From Desulfuromonas sp. (lineage in GTDB: Bacteria > Desulfobacterota > Desulfuromonadia > Desulfuromonadales > Desulfuromonadaceae): a DNA stretch of 64,000 nucleotides. The notes under the pieces were generated by a model that saw nothing but the letters and a program-made list of their open reading frames with translations, had not been told where the DNA came from and searched no databases. Numbering within the stretch: the stretch's first letter is position 1; each line of letters begins with the position of its first letter. A program made the translations under genes and the position numbers. Below are positions 59,694-64,000 of the stretch, one piece after another. Where the stretch lies: assembly GCA_034006225.1 (NCBI GenBank), contig JAVETC010000011.1:8278-72277 (forward strand), given 5' to 3'.

Positions 59694-60836
59694 ATGGAGC
59701 ACATACAGGCATGGCTCAACAGTATTGATTTTTTCAGCACCGACATGCAGCGCTACATTTTAGCGACAGGTATCCTGTTTGTTTTCTTCATCTTTAAACG
59801 CCTATTCAGCAGTATATTAACACGTTTTATTTTACCACTGACCAATCGCACGGCAAACAATTTCGACGACCTGCTCTTAGCCAACGTACGCCGCCCTCTG
59901 GAGACCTTAGTGCTTATCGGCGGGCTATTTATAGCTTTGCAGGTGCTTCAACTGCCGACCGCGCCTACCAATTTTCAACAGGCAGGCCATGCTCTTATAA
60001 AAACCATGATCACATTCAATATTGCTTGGATTCTCTTCAACGCAGTATCCATATTGGAGCGCAGCATCGCGAGCTGGGCCCAGCATACCGGCGCCCCACT
60101 CGATGAGCATCTACTGCCATTTATCCGTAAAATTGTCCGAGCTTTCATAATTATTTTAGCTGTTGTGCTGGTAATTCAAAACTTAGGGTACTCGATTTCC
60201 GGCTTGCTGGCCTCCCTTGGCATTGGCGGTTTAGCTGTCGCTTTGGCCGCAAAAGAGACGCTTTCCAACGTATTCGGCTCTATTATGATTCTGCTCGACC
60301 GGCCGTTTCGGGTTGGCGATTGGATAAAAACCGACAACATCGAAGGAGTCGTGGAAGAGATTGGATTTCGCTCAACCCGCATCCGCACCTTCGCCAAGAC
60401 ATTAATAACCGTACCCAACAATATAATCGCCACAACTTCACTCAATAATTTCAGCTATATGCCTAAACGACGCATAAAAATGACCGTTGGCGTCACCTAT
60501 GCCAGCAGCCCTGAACAGATGCGCGCGGCGGTCAGCAGCATACGCAGCATGCTGGAGCAGCATCCAGCCATCAATCAGGAGTTCATGCTGGTCAACTTTA
60601 CTGACTTTAGCCCGTCTAGCTTAGATATCCTTATCTACTGCTTCACTACCACTACTGACTGGGCCGCGTATTTGCAGGCGCGCGAAGATGTCTGTTTAAA
60701 AATTATGGATATCATCGCAGAACTGGGCATGGAGATGGCCTTTCCCAGCCATAGCGTCTACCTGCACCAGCAAGACGACATACAGCAATCAGCCGCGCAA
60801 CCATTTACCAGCAGCAACGAAAGAATACAGCCATGA
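59694..60836 (+). CDS. Small-conductance mechanosensitive channel (MscS family)
   Basis: 380 aa. TM helices followed by the MscS beta-domain block LLDRPFRVGDWI...GVVEEIGFRSTRIRT. Confidence 0.85.
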   Translation: MEHIQAWLNSIDFFSTDMQRYILATGILFVFFIFKRLFSSILTRFILPLTNRTANNFDDLLLANVRRPLETLVLIGGLFIALQVLQLPTAPTNFQQAGHALIKTMITFNIAWILFNAVSILERSIASWAQHTGAPLDEHLLPFIRKIVRAFIIILAVVLVIQNLGYSISGLLASLGIGGLAVALAAKETLSNVFGSIMILLDRPFRVGDWIKTDNIEGVVEEIGFRSTRIRTFAKTLITVPNNIIATTSLNNFSYMPKRRIKMTVGVTYASSPEQMRAAVSSIRSMLEQHPAINQEFMLVNFTDFSPSSLDILIYCFTTTTDWAAYLQAREDVCLKIMDIIAELGMEMAFPSHSVYLHQQDDIQQSAAQPFTSSNERIQP

Positions 60837-61270
60837 AACACGAGCAACTCAAGGGTCAACTCATAAAAATTTTAGTGGATTTTTTTGGCAACGACTACCG
60901 CCGCATCGCTCACGCCATCGAGGTGTTAAAATATGCCGAGATAACCATGCAGCAGAGCCAGCCAGTCGATGAGGAGATAGTGATTGCCAGCGCTATTTTA
61001 CACGATATCGGCATTAAACAATCTGAAGCAGAGCTAGGCTACAACAACGGCAAAACGCAAGAGCTATATGGCCCTCCTATCGCCAGCGACATACTGCAAA
61101 GCATAGAATTTCCGGCCGATAAAATTACTCAGGTAACGCAAATAATCGGCAACCACCATTCACCCTCACGCTACAACTATCCTGAACTGGCTATTTTGAA
61201 AACTGCTGATCGCATCGTTAATCAACTCGACAAACAACAACCTGATGAGCGCCACAGTGTTGAAGATTAA
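60833..61270 (+). CDS. HD-domain metal-dependent phosphohydrolase
   Basis: 145 aa. H...HD (AILHDIG) and a later NHH. Overlaps the MscS gene by 4 nt. Confidence 0.7.
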   Translation: MKHEQLKGQLIKILVDFFGNDYRRIAHAIEVLKYAEITMQQSQPVDEEIVIASAILHDIGIKQSEAELGYNNGKTQELYGPPIASDILQSIEFPADKITQVTQIIGNHHSPSRYNYPELAILKTADRIVNQLDKQQPDERHSVED

Positions 61271-61394
61271 TCAGCTCCCCCAGATGAGAACACTGTACCT
61301 TATTAACTTTTTATAGTAATAATCTCTCATCTTTAGGTAGTTGTGCCAGTGGCAACAACATTCGCATTGCCCTGAACCTTTTAACGCACCTCCT

Positions 61395-61411
61395 GTTCCT
61401 GATTCAGGAAC
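61395..61411. promoter_or_regulatory. 17-bp perfect palindrome, candidate operator upstream of the repeat-protein gene
   Basis: GTTCCTGA-T-TCAGGAAC lies about 75 bp upstream of ATG 61484 and immediately upstream of a TATACT -10-like hexamer at 61421-61426. Confidence 0.35.
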
Positions 61412-61483
61412 TTAATATGCTATACTTGGTGTCTGAACATTAGATTGTACTTTTAGAATAATTTTTACTTTCGGAGATTTGCC

Positions 61484-64000
61484 ATGAAGAGAACTTTTCT
61501 CGCCCTGATTGTAGTCGCGCTTATTATTCCCACTGCATTAGCAGGTGCCGCATCCAAGGTAAAAGGTGCAGTTCTCAATGTGCCCAACACCATAGACAAG
61601 GATGCCAACATCAGTATTGGCAAAGATTCCACTGCGACCCAGAGCTCTATCGCCTTAAAAAATCTGGACATGTCTGGAGCAGTGATCAATACCAGCGCCG
61701 ACAAACAGAGTGTAAATATTGCCGTTGGCAACAAGGCGGATGCAACACAAAATTCGGTCAAGCTAGGCGGTAAACTCCGCGGCGCCGTTGTCAATACCAA
61801 CCTAGTTGGCACAAATGTAAACTTGGCGGCAGGCAACAACGTAACGGCCAACCAAGCGTCGGTAAATATAGCCAACAGCGATATAAGTGGTGCAGTCGCC
61901 AACACTGCCATGGGGAAAAATGCAGTTAATATTGCGGCAGGAAATCAGGTTAAAGCCGGACAAGCTGCAGTCATGATGGACAATAGCAGCGTGCGCGGTG
62001 CAGTAGTCAATACCACAGCCGCACAAAATATGGTGAATCTAGGCGCAGGCAATAAGGTTGAGGCCAGCCAAGCAGCCACCACAATTTCCGGCAGCTCGAT
62101 TAAGGGTGCTGCAGTCAACACTGCCGCCGCACAAAATTTCTTAAATCTTGCTGCGGGTAACGACACCACCGCACGCCAAGCTGCAACCAACATTAAGGGA
62201 TCGCAGGTTAGTGGCGCGGTGGTCAACACTGTAGTTGGACAAAACTTAGTCAACCTTGGAGCAGGCAATCAGAGTACTGCCAATCAGGGCGCAGTTAATA
62301 TAGAGCATTCTAGTATCAAAGGTGCAGTAGTTAACACCGCAGGCGGGCAAAATTTCGTTAACCTGGCCGCAGGCAACAAGACCGCAGCCAATCAAGCATC
62401 CGCCACCATTAAAGGCTCCAGAGTAAAGGGTGCAGTGGTAAACACCGCCCTAGATCAAAACTTTGTCAACCTCGCAGCGGGCAATAAAGCGACAGCCAAT
62501 CAGGCAGCTACCAATTTAGAAGATTCCACAGTCTCTGGTGCAGTAGTTAACACCGCTATTGGCCAGAGTTTTGTCAACCTTGCGGCGGGTAATCAGGTTG
62601 AAGCCAATCAAGCATCTACTAACGCTAAAGATAGTAACATCAAAGGCGCGGCGGTAAACACCATTGGCGCGGCGGGTGCAGTCAACCTCGCAGCAGGCAA
62701 TAGAGCAACAGCCAATCAGGCGAGCACTAACTTAGAGGGCTCCACTCTAAAGGGTGCCGCAGTTAACACCATCATCGGTGGCACCGTCAACCTGGCGGCA
62801 GGGAATCAGGCAGAGGCTAATCAAGCAGCGCTGAACAGCAAGGGATCAAACCTAAAAGGTACAGCTGTCAATACTGTGGCCGGAGCTGCAGTCAATCTAG
62901 CTGCTGGCAACCGCGCCGTAGCTAATCAGTCAGCGACTAATCTAGAAGAGAGTACAGTGGCAGGCAATGCCGTCAACACGGTAGCCGGAGCAGCGGTAAA
63001 CTTGGCCGCTGGTAACCGCGTTAGCGCCAATCAAGCAGCTACAAAGATTGAGGGCAGTAACGTCAAGGGCAACATGGTCAATACCCTTGGTGGGGCGGGT
63101 GTCAACCTCGCAGCCGGTAACCGCGCTGAAGCAAATCAGGCTTCTACCGCCATCAAGGGCAGTCAGGTTACAGGCAACATGGTTAACACCGTTGGCGGTG
63201 CGGGTGTCAACCTCGCTGCAGGGAATCGCGCAGAGGCAAACCAAGCTGCCACAGAAATTGCCGACAGCCAAGTTAAAGGCAATATGATCAATACGGTAGC
63301 TGGGGCGGGCGTCAACTTAGCGGCAGGTAACCGCGTTAGCGCCAATCAAGCAGCTACAAAGATTGAGAGCAGTAACGTCAAGGGCAATATTGTCAACACC
63401 CTTGGCGGAGCGGGCGTTAACCTCGCTGCCGGAAATCGCGCAGAGGCAAACCAAGCTGCCACAAAGATTGAGGGCAGTAACGTCAATGGCAAAATTGTCA
63501 ATACCGTTGGTGGTGCAGGCGTCAACTTAGCCGCAGGTAATCGCGCAGAAGCTAATCAGGCAGCAACGAGCATCAAAAACTCCAACTACAGCGGCAACGT
63601 TACCAATACCGTTGCTGGCGCAGCAGTCAACCTTGCTGCAGGCAACAGAGTAGAAGCCAATCAAGCCACAACTAACATAGAGAACAGCAGGGTACAGGGC
63701 GACATTAAAAACAAAGTCTATGGCGCAGGCGTCAACTTAGCCGCAGGCAACAGAGCTACGGCCAACATGGCTGCGACCGACATTCAAGACAGTACCGTCA
63801 GAGGAAATATCAGCAATACTGTCGCCGGCGCAGCGGTCAACTTAGCCGTTGGCAATAGGTCTGAGGCCAATATGGCCGCCACCAAAATCAGCAACAGTGA
63901 TGTAAGTGGCAACGTCACCACGCGCGTCTCCGGTGGGGCCCTCAATCTGGCCGCCGGAAATAAGGCTAAAGCCAATATGGGAACAGTAATCGTCGACGAC
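61484..64000 (+). CDS. Secreted tandem-repeat protein (at least 22 units of 35-36 aa, Asn/Gln-ladder, curlin-like GN-x-A-x-A-NQ core); the 3-prime end runs off the window
   Basis: Absent from the ORF track because there is no stop. My translation gives 839 codons with no stop. Signal peptide MKRTFLALIVVALIIPTALA|GAAS, followed by repeats such as GNMVNTLGGAGVNLAAGNRAEANQASTAIKGSQVT. Confidence 0.8.
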   Translation, partial: MKRTFLALIVVALIIPTALAGAASKVKGAVLNVPNTIDKDANISIGKDSTATQSSIALKNLDMSGAVINTSADKQSVNIAVGNKADATQNSVKLGGKLRGAVVNTNLVGTNVNLAAGNNVTANQASVNIANSDISGAVANTAMGKNAVNIAAGNQVKAGQAAVMMDNSSVRGAVVNTTAAQNMVNLGAGNKVEASQAATTISGSSIKGAAVNTAAAQNFLNLAAGNDTTARQAATNIKGSQVSGAVVNTVVGQNLVNLGAGNQSTANQGAVNIEHSSIKGAVVNTAGGQNFVNLAAGNKTAANQASATIKGSRVKGAVVNTALDQNFVNLAAGNKATANQAATNLEDSTVSGAVVNTAIGQSFVNLAAGNQVEANQASTNAKDSNIKGAAVNTIGAAGAVNLAAGNRATANQASTNLEGSTLKGAAVNTIIGGTVNLAAGNQAEANQAALNSKGSNLKGTAVNTVAGAAVNLAAGNRAVANQSATNLEESTVAGNAVNTVAGAAVNLAAGNRVSANQAATKIEGSNVKGNMVNTLGGAGVNLAAGNRAEANQASTAIKGSQVTGNMVNTVGGAGVNLAAGNRAEANQAATEIADSQVKGNMINTVAGAGVNLAAGNRVSANQAATKIESSNVKGNIVNTLGGAGVNLAAGNRAEANQAATKIEGSNVNGKIVNTVGGAGVNLAAGNRAEANQAATSIKNSNYSGNVTNTVAGAAVNLAAGNRVEANQATTNIENSRVQGDIKNKVYGAGVNLAAGNRATANMAATDIQDSTVRGNISNTVAGAAVNLAVGNRSEANMAATKISNSDVSGNVTTRVSGGALNLAAGNKAKANMGTVIVDD
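61565..64000 (+). repeat. In-frame tandem repeat array, unit 108 bp (5-prime half) then 105 bp (3-prime half)
   Basis: 22 complete units plus 1 partial. The 3-prime units share identical 30-62-nt blocks at offsets of 210 and 315 bp. Confidence 0.85.

Noticed and set aside
61350-61366. TGGCAACAACATTCGCA upstream of the repeat-protein gene resembles a sigma54 promoter.
   Set aside because: The GG-to-GC spacing is one nucleotide too long and the -12 element reads TTCGC. It is a weaker candidate than the sigma70-like TATACT with the palindrome.
61465-63975. Eight minus-strand and one plus-strand ORFs of 60-148 aa from the supplied track lying inside the repeat region (61465..61911, 61802..62026, 61945..62268, 62942..63271, 63048..63287, 63163..63345, 63784..63975).
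   Set aside because: They are shadows of the 839-codon + strand repeat ORF. The Ala/Gly/Asn-rich periodic codons leave other frames stop-free. None has an RBS or signal of its own, and their protein sequences are low-complexity mirror images.
61565-64000. The regular periodicity of about 105 bp looked superficially like a CRISPR or satellite array.
   Set aside because: The period is a multiple of 3 and sits in one continuous ORF. There are no unique spacers between conserved repeats and no cas genes. It is a coding tandem repeat.

Overview
This is 64 kb of densely coding chromosomal backbone at roughly 50% GC, with about 57 CDS on both strands. The gene content looks like an anaerobic Desulfuromonadales/Geobacter-type deltaproteobacterium: a triheme cytochrome c7, NtrC/sigma54 regulators, c-di-GMP enzymes, PilT paralogs and several radical-SAM enzymes. 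That taxonomic placement is an inference from gene content only. Housekeeping genes recognisable by reading the translations are prfC, pepA, def, priA, gdhA, pyk, hemL, hemE, hemH, hemY, aroK, a DAHP synthase, trmB, truD, coaE and mltA. I found no rRNA, tRNA, CRISPR array, transposase, integrase or phage genes, so this is not an obvious accessory island. Two edge genes are missing from the supplied ORF track because they run off the window. One is a lysine 2,3-aminomutase at 1..1170 (-). The other is a long tandem-repeat ORF at 61484..64000 (+). That repeat ORF is the most unusual object here. It encodes a signal-peptide protein made of at least 22 tandem 35-36-aa Asn/Gln-ladder repeats with a curlin-like GN-x-A-x-A-NQ core, and it may be a subunit of an undescribed beta-solenoid or amyloid-type surface fibre. 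Its partner genes, if any, lie beyond the window. Other items worth a second look: (1) a translationally coupled rhodanese / MauE-DoxX / KamA-like radical-SAM operon; (2) a histidine kinase and NtrC-type regulator followed by a near-consensus sigma54 promoter with TGTACA repeats, driving a methyltransferase and an LtaS/sulfatase-family envelope enzyme; (3) a small protein plus a chimeric PilB-N/PilT-core ATPase plus pilT operon; (4) an AhbD-like radical SAM/SPASM gene directly upstream of hemE and hemH; (5) a PEP/pyruvate-binding ATP-grasp protein with a P-loop-less KaiC/RecA-like N-domain; (6) a HEAT / HD-GYP pair sharing an N-terminal domain; (7) a lipoprotein-tethered cytochrome c7. All functional calls come from motif recognition by eye. 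No database search was run.
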